Notes under the pieces: generated by a model | The model's input: only the letters and a program-made list of their open reading frames with translations | Database searches by the model: none | What the model was told of the DNA's origin: nothing | Part shown: piece after piece, positions 9,747 to 18,327 of the stretch | How the letters are laid out: each line of letters begins with the position of its first letter | Numbering within the stretch: position 1 is the first letter of the stretch | DNA from: Holosporales bacterium | Lineage (GTDB): Bacteria; Pseudomonadota; Alphaproteobacteria; JAJTHO01 | Direction: 5' to 3' | Assembly: GCA_046338525.1 (NCBI GenBank) | Contig: JBKDWF010000052.1 | Span: 1 to 62,349 of the forward strand | Length of the DNA stretch: 62,349 nucleotides | Program-made: the position numbers and the translations under genes

Positions 9747-10943
9747 GTGGTTATTGAGGATGTTCTTCTGTTGGTTAGTGTCATTGCCAACTTAGTCGCG
9801 GTGTTTGTCTGGCAACGAAGCCGGATACTGCAAAAACGCTTACGCCAGAATGCCGAAGAGGCTCAGCGCCACAGTGCCTCTCAAACGACGCGGCTTGCAT
9901 CTCGTACGGCAGTACTGGAGTTGTTGCCCGATCCCCTTCTGACCCTAGATGGGCAAGTACGGATTATTCGTGCGAACCGAGCAGCACGACGACTGTTCGG
10001 GGAAGATATTTTGAACAAGCCCCTTTTCGCAGCGATACGAGCCGCGCCGTTGCTGGCCTCATTACAACAAGCCTTTCATCAAGGCACCCGGGCGGAAACA
10101 GAATACCTGCATCCCGGGGTGGTGGAGCGTTTCTTTCGGGTCATTCTTGAGGTTGTGCCTTTCCATGCAGAGCAGCAAACGCGCTTTATTTTGGTGTTCA
10201 GTGATGTCACTGCCTTGAAACAAGCAGCGCGCAGTAAGGCCGATTTTATTGCTAATGCCAGCCATGAATTACGGACACCCCTGACAACCTTGGTGGGGTT
10301 TATTGAGACACTACAAGGCGCAGCTAAGGATGATCCTGCGGCGCGGGAGATGTTCTTGGGCATTATGCATGAACAGACCCAGCGCATGGTTCGTTTGGTG
10401 CAGGATATGCTGCATTTGCAACGCATCGAGCGTCACTTGCATGAGGCCCCCACGGAACAACTGCCCCTTGTGCCTGTTATTGAAAAGGTGGTACGGGCGC
10501 TGCACCTCAAGGCCGAACAACGCCAAATGGCCATTGAGGTAGCCATTTTATATCCGGCGGTTGTTTTAGGCGATGAAGAGGAGATGATTCAGGTTGTCCA
10601 AAACCTGTTGGATAATGCCATCAAATATGGGCAGGTTGCCACTAAGGTGGAGGTGTCCTTAAAAACAGAAGAGAACAGCGCCTATCTCACTGTGCGGAAT
10701 ACGGGGGAGGGTATCAATGCCGAAGACATCCCTCGGCTGACGGAACGTTTTTATCGTACCAAGACGGCGCAGGAAAAGAGCGATGGTGGTACGGGGTTAG
10801 GGTTGGCTATTGTTAAAAAAGCCGTTTCCCGGCACGGCGGCAGATTGGAGGTGCACAGTACTCCGGGGCTGTTTACGGAATTTTCGGTGGTGTTGCCTGT
10901 GTTTGCCGGGCAAGAAAAAATAGGGCAAGAAAAAAACTATTGA
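9747..10943 (+). CDS. PAS-domain sensor histidine kinase, PhoR-like
   Basis: 398 aa, GTG start 4 nt after the kdpD stop. One N-terminal TM helix. H-box SHELRTPLTTL, N-box LLDNAIKY, G1/G2 boxes NTGEGI ... GTGLGLAIV are intact. Confidence 0.75.
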   Translation: MVIEDVLLLVSVIANLVAVFVWQRSRILQKRLRQNAEEAQRHSASQTTRLASRTAVLELLPDPLLTLDGQVRIIRANRAARRLFGEDILNKPLFAAIRAAPLLASLQQAFHQGTRAETEYLHPGVVERFFRVILEVVPFHAEQQTRFILVFSDVTALKQAARSKADFIANASHELRTPLTTLVGFIETLQGAAKDDPAAREMFLGIMHEQTQRMVRLVQDMLHLQRIERHLHEAPTEQLPLVPVIEKVVRALHLKAEQRQMAIEVAILYPAVVLGDEEEMIQVVQNLLDNAIKYGQVATKVEVSLKTEENSAYLTVRNTGEGINAEDIPRLTERFYRTKTAQEKSDGGTGLGLAIVKKAVSRHGGRLEVHSTPGLFTEFSVVLPVFAGQEKIGQEKNY

Positions 10944-11470
10944 CATGAATGCTAAAAAAGTGAAGCCCCAATCTTGATTTCTGTCAAAAATTTTGATAAG
11001 TCTATAATCAGTCCTCAAAGACCTGGCCAGGCACCGAGGCTTTACCGCTCTTCTGCTCTTCTTCCTTCCAACCAAGACAATAGGAAAGATGAAACAGGGA
11101 GCGGCGGACAAACTTCCAAAAAGACCTTCCAGGAAGGCATTTTTTGAAAGTACGACGCAAGATTCGGGAGAGAAAGCAGAAAATTCTCTCCCCCTTGTGA
11201 TTGCAGGCAGTAAAAAAGCTTCCAGACATTGGGAAAGCAAGTTCAACCCCACAACGGGAGTCCCGTTCCCCTGCGGATCGCGGGCGTGTATCCCCCCTTC
11301 CCCCCGCCTTTTGTGCGGAGGGGAAGGCTTGGCTTGATATATAAAATTTTAATAAAAAATAAATAACTATTGACAATAAGTGTTTTTCGTGATGATCATC
11401 ATAAAAAGCGATGCCACGGATTGTGGTGGCGCTTTAAAAGTACATTATCATCTCAGGAGCATCCCCCACC

Positions 11471-12250
11471 ATGCCATCCCGCTACTTACTCCGTCTTGGC
11501 GCGGTGATCACGGCGGTGGTGTTGTTGAGCTTTGCTTATGCTCTGTTCCCTTCGGCATCGGTACTGGATATGGATAAAGCACCACCCAAAGTGTTGCTGG
11601 AAGAAGCGGATAAAGCATTGGAAAAAGGCAAAAATGACGATGCTGAACGCCTAGCAGCAGCAGCCTTGGGCAAGTATATAGCCCAACGGGATCGTAATGG
11701 TGCGTTAGAGGTATTGAATCTTCAGGCCAGGATTGCCGCTGCTATGGGTAATTCTGAAAAGGCCGAGGCGATTTTGACCCGTGGTTATACCTTGGCTAAC
11801 AAAAGCGGGGACCCCGCGTTGCGATCGTTGGCGGGGGATATGTTATTGAAATTTTATTGCAGCCAGAAACGGCCTTTAAAAGCCCAGCCGTTGCTGCGTA
11901 GCATTGTGGAAGACTACAAAAAAAATAATAATTTACATGATGCCGGAGTTGTATTGTTAACGTACGCCGACGCGTTGCAACTATTGTCTAGCCTGACCCC
12001 GGCGCAACGGCGCGAGGTGGAGAATACCTACCTTGAGGCAACGCGGTTGTTTTACCATGCCCAATCCACGTTTCACCAGGCCGTCACCCACGAGCGGTTG
12101 GGGGATTTTGTCCGTGTGGAAAAACCCCTGCCGGCCATAGGCCAGTATTTGCAGGCAATGGATTTGTTTACCCAGTTGCGACGCAAGGATAAGGCCGCAG
12201 AAGTACAAGAAAAGATGGATAGCCTGCCGATTCAGATGGATCGCGATTGA
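11471..12250 (+). CDS. Hypothetical membrane-anchored helical-repeat (TPR-like) protein
   Basis: 259 aa. N-terminal hydrophobic anchor LRLGAVITAVVLLSFAYALF followed by Ala/Leu-rich helical repeats. No recognisable catalytic motif. Confidence 0.4.
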   Translation: MPSRYLLRLGAVITAVVLLSFAYALFPSASVLDMDKAPPKVLLEEADKALEKGKNDDAERLAAAALGKYIAQRDRNGALEVLNLQARIAAAMGNSEKAEAILTRGYTLANKSGDPALRSLAGDMLLKFYCSQKRPLKAQPLLRSIVEDYKKNNNLHDAGVVLLTYADALQLLSSLTPAQRREVENTYLEATRLFYHAQSTFHQAVTHERLGDFVRVEKPLPAIGQYLQAMDLFTQLRRKDKAAEVQEKMDSLPIQMDRD

Positions 12251-12253
12251 GAT

Positions 12254-13387
12254 TCAGGGTGCCGCAGTAGTGGGCTGAAAAAAACTGTTGATAGCCTTGA
12301 CCATGGCGCGGGTAATTTTGGCTCGGTGGCTGCGTTGGCGTAGGAGCCATTCCTCGTGTTTGTTGGACAAAAAGCCCAATTCTACTAATACTGCCGGGGT
12401 GTCTGGCGCTTTAAGTACAACAAAGCCGGCAAAACGGTGAGTATCTCTTTTAATATTAATTTCATTGCGTAACTTTTGTACCAGTAGTGTCGCAAACCGG
12501 GCAGAGTGGTTCATGGTTTCCCGTTGCACCAAATCAATCAAAATCGTGCTTACCTCATCCGGTGTGCCCGATAAATCGACACCGTGAATAATATCGGCGC
12601 GGTTTTCTTTGGCGGCGAGGGCTTCCGCCTCTTTATCCGAAGCCCGCTCAGAAAGGGTGTACACGGAACTGCCTGCTGCCAAGCGATCCGGGTGTGCATC
12701 GGCGTGTAGCGAGATAAACAAATCCGCATTGCGTTCCTGGGCAATGGCGGTACGCTTGCCTAAAGGGATAAAGCGATCATCGTTTCGTGTCAGATGCACG
12801 ATGTAGCCACCTGTTTTTTCTAAAGCCGTTTTTATTTCTTTGGCGATGGTCAGGGTCAGCTCTTTTTCATGTAAGCCTGTCGCGCCAATAGCACCGGGGT
12901 CTTCGCCGCCATGACCTGGATCAAGAACGATGATTTTTTTTGTTTTTGCCTTTGGCTGGGGCTTCTGTTTTTCTATGGTGATGGCAGTGACAGGGGCAAT
13001 GGCTTCCGTATTTTTTCTGCTCTCAATGCTGAGATCAAGAACAAGGCGTGCGCCAAAGTCTTCCTTGAGATAAAAATGACGCAATAGGGTTGTTTCGCTG
13101 GCTACTTTTAACAGTATCAAGGTATCGCCCGCTGTGGTTGAGGTGCTCAAACTTTGCAGGTTTGCAACAGGTTTGGGCGTGATAAAACCGGGGCCAACAT
13201 CCGTGTTTTGCAGGCGCAGGGTTATTTGGTTGCTGGATCGATGGATGTTATACCGCACGGCGTTATCTAGTCGAAGAACAAGGCGAATCTTGTCACGATG
13301 TTGGCCGATATTGGCAGATTGTAATACGGCCGCCTGCGCCGATGCTAGGCACGAAAAGAACATTAAAAGAAAAAAAATAAAACGCAT
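12254..13387 (-). CDS. amiC: N-acetylmuramoyl-L-alanine amidase (AMIN domain plus Amidase_3)
   Basis: Signal peptide MRFIFFLLMFFSCLASAQA. AMIN-like N-terminus. VLDPGHGGEDPGA and ISLHAD are Amidase_3 zinc-ligand motifs. Confidence 0.85.
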   Translation of the reverse strand: MRFIFFLLMFFSCLASAQAAVLQSANIGQHRDKIRLVLRLDNAVRYNIHRSSNQITLRLQNTDVGPGFITPKPVANLQSLSTSTTAGDTLILLKVASETTLLRHFYLKEDFGARLVLDLSIESRKNTEAIAPVTAITIEKQKPQPKAKTKKIIVLDPGHGGEDPGAIGATGLHEKELTLTIAKEIKTALEKTGGYIVHLTRNDDRFIPLGKRTAIAQERNADLFISLHADAHPDRLAAGSSVYTLSERASDKEAEALAAKENRADIIHGVDLSGTPDEVSTILIDLVQRETMNHSARFATLLVQKLRNEINIKRDTHRFAGFVVLKAPDTPAVLVELGFLSNKHEEWLLRQRSHRAKITRAMVKAINSFFQPTTAAP

Positions 13388-13397
13388 CGTGCAGTCT

Positions 13398-13498
13398 TAT
13401 ACTCAGTACACATCAAGATGTGCAATGTTTTCCCTCAATTGCCGCGCGGGCTGTACCGCTCACAAGATTGTTAGGGAAATCTTTATATGCGAGCGGTA
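13398..13498 (-). repeat. R1-family palindromic repeat (inverted orientation relative to 23335..23450)
   Basis: tatactcagtacacatcaagatgtgcaa...gccgcgcgggctgtaccgctc...atatgcgagcggta contains the same modules as the copies at 23335 and 26511. Confidence 0.75.
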
Positions 13499-13576
13499 AA
13501 GATTGGCGGGGAAATTTTTTATTACTGTAATCAAAAAAATGCAGCACTGCCGATAAAATTCCTCTAAAAGCGCGGC

Positions 13577-15103
13577 ATGACTGTCTCTATTGTTGATTTC
13601 CTGCGTTCACCCGCTGCGTACGGCTTGCCTGAAGATACTGCCATTGCAGTGATTGAAACCCACGGTGCGTGGGTCTTTCTAGCTGGGGAAATGGCCTATA
13701 AGCTTAAAAAGCCGGTGGCTTTTCCCTATATGAATTACAGCACGGTAGAACGGCGGGCGGCCATGTGTGCGCGTGAGGTGCTCTTAAATCGTCTTACCGC
13801 GCCAGAGATATATGAGGCCGCCGTTCCCGTGACTAGGGGCAATAAAGGCGATCTCGCTCTTAATGGCCAAGGGGCGATTGTTGATTGGCTCGTGGTGATG
13901 CATCGGTTTCGCAGTGAAGATATTTTGGATGCGGTGGCCGAACGCGGGGAACTTACCCCTGCCATGACAATGGCGGTGGCCGATGCGGTGCTGGCCTTTC
14001 ATGCTAAGGCACAGGTTCATTCCAGCATTAACTGGTTTCAGGTTGTGCTGGATACTATTGCCGGTAACGATGGGCAGTTTGAAAATTATACGGATATTTT
14101 GCCACGCAAGGACACGCTTGAGTTAACTGCCGCCTGCCGGGCAGAAGCGGAAAAACACGCGGATTTGCTGCGTCGCCGCGCGGCGATGGGGGCGGTGCGT
14201 CAATGTCATGGCGACATACATCTGCGCAATATTTGTTGGTGGAAGGGAAAGCCCCTTCTTTTTGATTGCATTGAGTTTAACGATGCCTTTGCACAAATTG
14301 ACGTGCTGTATGATACGGCGTTTTTACTCATGGATTTGCAGGCGCGGGGGTTGGGGGAGCATGCCGCCTTGGCTCAAGATCGGTATGTTGCTGAGCTTGA
14401 TGATGTTGCGGGGTTGGCGGTATTACCGCTTTACCTCACCTTGAGAGCCGCTATCCGCGCTCATGTCAGCGTTTCTATTGGTCGTGGTATTGGCGGCGAG
14501 GGAGGGGATGTTTTTTATGCCGAAGCTAGGCGTTATTTAGCGCTAGCCCAGCAGTATATGCAACCGGTTGCGCCGCGATTGGTGGCCATTGGCGGGTTAT
14601 CGGGCAGCGGTAAATCAACACTGGCCAAACACTTGGCAGGGAAAATAGCACCGTTGCCAGGAGCGGTGGTCTTACGTACAGACATTTTACGCAAGCAATT
14701 AGCGGGAAAACTGGAAACGGATAGGCTTGAGGCAGAATATTACAACCATGCGTTCACCCATAAAGTCTATACAGCCCTGCGGGAAAGGGCCGAAGCCATT
14801 TTGTTAAGCGGGCGCAGCGTGATTTTGGATTGCGTTGCGGCGGATGCAGCGGAACGGGCGGCGTTTGCTATTACGGCGCGCACGGCACACGCACAATTTA
14901 TCGGGCTATGGTGTGAGGTGGACGATGCTACCGCCCGGCAACGTTTACAGGAACGGACAGCCCACGGAAGAGATGCTTCCGATGCGGATGTCAGTGTGCG
15001 GGCGATGCAGGAAAAATTTGATTGTGGGGATATTGCGTGGGCACGGGTCAACACTGGCGAAGAAAGTGCTGTGCACGCTGCGATCATGACGGCTTTAATG
15101 TAG
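13577..15103 (+). CDS. Bifunctional aminoglycoside-phosphotransferase-like / P-loop ATP-binding protein
   Basis: 508 aa. The N-terminal half has a kinase-like HGDIHLRNI motif, and the C-terminal half has Walker A GGLSGSGKSTLA. This architecture is common in alphaproteobacteria. Confidence 0.7.
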   Translation: MTVSIVDFLRSPAAYGLPEDTAIAVIETHGAWVFLAGEMAYKLKKPVAFPYMNYSTVERRAAMCAREVLLNRLTAPEIYEAAVPVTRGNKGDLALNGQGAIVDWLVVMHRFRSEDILDAVAERGELTPAMTMAVADAVLAFHAKAQVHSSINWFQVVLDTIAGNDGQFENYTDILPRKDTLELTAACRAEAEKHADLLRRRAAMGAVRQCHGDIHLRNICWWKGKPLLFDCIEFNDAFAQIDVLYDTAFLLMDLQARGLGEHAALAQDRYVAELDDVAGLAVLPLYLTLRAAIRAHVSVSIGRGIGGEGGDVFYAEARRYLALAQQYMQPVAPRLVAIGGLSGSGKSTLAKHLAGKIAPLPGAVVLRTDILRKQLAGKLETDRLEAEYYNHAFTHKVYTALRERAEAILLSGRSVILDCVAADAAERAAFAITARTAHAQFIGLWCEVDDATARQRLQERTAHGRDASDADVSVRAMQEKFDCGDIAWARVNTGEESAVHAAIMTALM

Positions 15104-16087
15104 TTTCGTCTTATCCTGCGGCGCGGTTAGCTCATGAGCAAAGGAATTGAAAAGCTGTTGTTTATGTAAGGCGACGGTTTCAGGGCTTTGCTCTATGGGT
15201 TGCCCCTTGCGGATAACAACGACACTGAGCTTTTGAGCGGTTTCAATTTCAGTTTGGGTCAGGCCATCGCACTCGGTAATCTCTGCAAGCTTCCAGACCG
15301 TGCCGCGTAGGCTTGTATCTTTAAAAATGCAGTGTTGTGCTTTTGTACCGATAAAGCTAGCACGATCGAGTGTTGCAGCAGTGAAGTCGATGTGGCGTAA
15401 TGCTGCCCCGTTAAAGTTTGCACCGATAAGGATTGTTTTTTTGAAATCAATATTATTAAGAGTCAGGGCGCTAAAGTCCATTTGACTGAAGTCAAGCGCA
15501 ATGGATTCAGGATGGATTTTTCTCAAGTCAATAATTTCATGTAAGATAAGATTTATTTCATCGCCAGCGGTACCACGAATCCCCGCATCGCTTAACAAGG
15601 CGCGTAGGTAAGCGGTTAGAATAAGGATCAACCGTTGATGCACGGCAAGACTGCCATCAGCAAGGCTGGATAAACCCTGAATAGCATTAAGCCGTTCGAG
15701 TGAAGACGTATGGCAAAGATTTTTAATAAGATCGGAAAGATTGTTGCCTTGACTTAGGCGGGAAATTTTGTTATAATGTTTTATTGATTTGTGTTGTTGA
15801 TAAACGCAGGCTGCTAGAGCGAAACAGAATAAAAATAATCCCCCAACTATAGGAATTTCGGCTTTGGCCCAGAAAAGCTCCAGACGGGTTGGCATAACGA
15901 CCGAAACGCTGGCGGTGAAGTTTGGCTTTTCAATTAAAACAGTTTTGGGTAGTTCCGCCGCGTAGCTTGGCGTTGCTTGGGCGGTGAGGGGCATCGCTAC
16001 TAAAAATACCGCGCTGAATATAATGGTTAAAAAAAACGGCATGGACGCACCTTCGTTATACAAAAAAATATATAATTTTTTATACAA
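15095..16087 (-). CDS. Pentapeptide-repeat protein with an N-terminal signal/TM region, AT-rich
   Basis: The C-terminal half has A(D/N)LxX-type repeats: FSALTLNNIDFKKTILIGANFNGAALRHIDFTAATLDRASFIGTKAQHCIFKDTSLRGT. There are two N-terminal hydrophobic segments. Confidence 0.75.
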   Translation of the reverse strand: MYKKLYIFLYNEGASMPFFLTIIFSAVFLVAMPLTAQATPSYAAELPKTVLIEKPNFTASVSVVMPTRLELFWAKAEIPIVGGLFLFCFALAACVYQQHKSIKHYNKISRLSQGNNLSDLIKNLCHTSSLERLNAIQGLSSLADGSLAVHQRLILILTAYLRALLSDAGIRGTAGDEINLILHEIIDLRKIHPESIALDFSQMDFSALTLNNIDFKKTILIGANFNGAALRHIDFTAATLDRASFIGTKAQHCIFKDTSLRGTVWKLAEITECDGLTQTEIETAQKLSVVVIRKGQPIEQSPETVALHKQQLFNSFAHELTAPQDKTKLH

Positions 16088-16113
16088 AAGAAAAAATAAA
16101 AAAGCAATGTAAT

Positions 16114-17934
16114 TTATTCGACTGTTACCGACTTGGCGAGATTGCGGGGTTGATCAACATCAGTCCCCTTACGCACAGCCACAGAATACGCAAGCAATTG
16201 CAATGGTATGGATATTATAATCGGCGCGGCCAAGTTCCCTGCGTGGGGAATAACAAGCGTTTTCCATATATGAGCAGGAGAGGCCGCCGCACCGGCGGCA
16301 TCCGTGATCAGGACAACGCGCCCTCCTCGTGCCACAACCTCTTGTAAATTGGAGATAGTTTTCTCAAACAACCTATCATGAGGTGCAAGCACAATAACCG
16401 GCACGCTCTCATCAATCAGGGCAATCGAACCATGTTTTAGCTCCCCCGCCGCAAGGCCTTCTGCATGAATATACGAGATTTCTTTGAGTTTTAGCGCGCC
16501 TTCTAAGGCGAGCGCGGCGTAAGCGCCCCGGCCGATAAACAATACCGTATGGGCTTCGGCAATGTCCGCTGCCAAGGCTTCAATCTCTGTAACCAGAGAT
16601 AAGGCCTGATTGACTTTATCGGGAATGCTCAGAAGCTCTTGCAGCAAACCTGTTGATTCTTGGATTTTTTTTGCTTCCCCTAAGGCCACCGCAAAGGCCG
16701 CAAGCACAATCAACTGCGCGGTAAAGGCCTTTGTCGAGGCCACGCCGATTTCAGGGCCAGCATGGGTGTTAAGGGTGACATGGGCTTCGCGCGCCATCGT
16801 GCTGGTGGGGACATTGATAATGGCAACGGTAGGGCATCCGCCAGTTTTGGCAAAGCGCAAGGCCGCTAGGGTATCGGCGGTTTCACCGGACTGCGAAATA
16901 AAGAGTGCTAACGTCTGGGGGTCATCAACAAAAGGTCGGTATCTATATTCAGAAGCAATATCAACGCCAACCCGAATGCCCGTTAACATTTCAAGCCAGC
17001 CTCGTGCCACCAACCCGGCATGGTAAGACGTTCCGCAGGCAACAATGCGTATCTCGCGCACCTTGTGTATATCAACATTAGGTAAAGCCGGAAGGCGAAT
17101 CGCTTTGGCGATGGGATCAAGAAGGGCCTGCAAACTGTCGCCCAATACGGTAGGTTGTTCGGCAATTTCCTTGGCCATGAAATGCTTGTATTGCCCCTTG
17201 CCAATCATGGCGCCGGACAGGCCACTGAGCACCTGAGGCCGGGTAGTGATGGTATTGCTTGCATCGTAAATTGTTGTTTTTTTAGGGGTGCAGACAACCC
17301 AATCCTCTTCTTCTAGGTAGCTTACCTTCTGGGTTAACGAAGCTAAAGCCAAGGCATCAGAGCCTAAGTACGTTGCCCCATTGCCGTAACCCACCACCAA
17401 AGGACTACCCCGGCGTGCACCAATAAGAATATCAGAATGAGCGGTAAAAAGTATGGCCAGAGCAAAGGCACCGCGCAGTTGCGGCAAGGTCTGGCGAACG
17501 GCCTCTTCGGGGTATGCACCGGCTTCGATGTATTGGCTTAATAGGTGCGCCACAACCTCGGTATCGGTTTGCGAGGTAAAGACACAGCCACGCGCCTGCA
17601 ACATGCTGCGTAGTTCAAGAAAATTCTCAATAATACCGTTGTGTACCACCGCAACATGCGCGGTTGCATGCGGGTGGGCGTTGGCCTCATTGGGTGCGCC
17701 GTGGGTAGCCCACCGGGTATGGCCAATGCCCACACGTCCAAGGAGGGGGGCAGCTTCCAGAAGCCGCTCAAGATTGCGTAATTTGCCTTCTGCACGCTGG
17801 CGGTGCAAGCCTCCGGGTGTCAGTGTAGCAATGCCGGCAGAATCGTAGCCGCGATACTCTAAACGGCGCAACCCATCCAGAATATCCAAGGCTACATCGC
17901 TATCCTGACTGATAATTCCAACAATACCGCACAT
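16114..17934 (-). CDS. glmS: Glutamine--fructose-6-phosphate aminotransferase (isomerising)
   Basis: The start is set at the internal MCGIVGI, because the catalytic Cys must follow the initiator Met. This gives 606 aa, ending in the canonical ...AKSVTVE. Confidence 0.95.
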   Translation of the reverse strand: MCGIVGIISQDSDVALDILDGLRRLEYRGYDSAGIATLTPGGLHRQRAEGKLRNLERLLEAAPLLGRVGIGHTRWATHGAPNEANAHPHATAHVAVVHNGIIENFLELRSMLQARGCVFTSQTDTEVVAHLLSQYIEAGAYPEEAVRQTLPQLRGAFALAILFTAHSDILIGARRGSPLVVGYGNGATYLGSDALALASLTQKVSYLEEEDWVVCTPKKTTIYDASNTITTRPQVLSGLSGAMIGKGQYKHFMAKEIAEQPTVLGDSLQALLDPIAKAIRLPALPNVDIHKVREIRIVACGTSYHAGLVARGWLEMLTGIRVGVDIASEYRYRPFVDDPQTLALFISQSGETADTLAALRFAKTGGCPTVAIINVPTSTMAREAHVTLNTHAGPEIGVASTKAFTAQLIVLAAFAVALGEAKKIQESTGLLQELLSIPDKVNQALSLVTEIEALAADIAEAHTVLFIGRGAYAALALEGALKLKEISYIHAEGLAAGELKHGSIALIDESVPVIVLAPHDRLFEKTISNLQEVVARGGRVVLITDAAGAAASPAHIWKTLVIPHAGNLAAPIIISIPLQLLAYSVAVRKGTDVDQPRNLAKSVTVE

Positions 17935-18016
17935 AAAAATGCTATCTCCTAGGGCAGTAGCAGCGGTAAAAAGATACAAAGTCAAGCAGTGTAGAATTTT
18001 TAGCGGTATATAAACC

Positions 18017-18226
18017 ATGAAAAAACTTTTTAGTGCTCTATTTTATTTGTACAAAACTGCGATTTCCCCGTGGCTTGGGACAAATTGCCGATTTTTGCCG
18101 ACGTGCTCTGAGTATGCCCATGAGGCTGTGCAAAAATATGGCTTGCTGCGTGGCGGCTGGCTCGCTATCCGGCGAATTGGACGGTGTCACCCTTGGGGAG
18201 GCAGTGGGATCGACAACGTGCCGTAA
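18017..18226 (+). CDS. yidD: Membrane protein insertion efficiency factor YidD
   Basis: 69 aa. [27 protein letters not shown]...RCHPW is the YidD signature. Confidence 0.9.
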   Translation: MKKLFSALFYLYKTAISPWLGTNCRFLPTCSEYAHEAVQKYGLLRGGWLAIRRIGRCHPWGGSGIDNVP

Positions 18227-18327
18227 TTTATTCGTATTTTTGCCTACGAATATACTCATTTTTTACATCCTTTTAATAACTTGTTGAGACAATCGCGTCT
18301 CAAGGAAGTTCTTAAAAGCGTGGTGTA

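Noticed and set aside
10797-11376. ORFs of 82-151 aa in the long intergenic region after the PhoR-like kinase gene
   Set aside because: They overlap one another on both strands, are rich in Arg/Ser/Pro, lack ribosome-binding sites and show no domain signature. The region is treated as non-coding and reported as a possible ncRNA or leader instead.
16114-18018. N-terminal 28-codon extension of glmS, and the 23-codon extension of pnp at 39311
   Set aside because: GlmS requires Cys directly after the initiator Met (MCGIVG). For PNPase, the conserved N-terminus and an RBS support the internal ATG at 39380. The longer forms are artefacts of taking the longest ORF.
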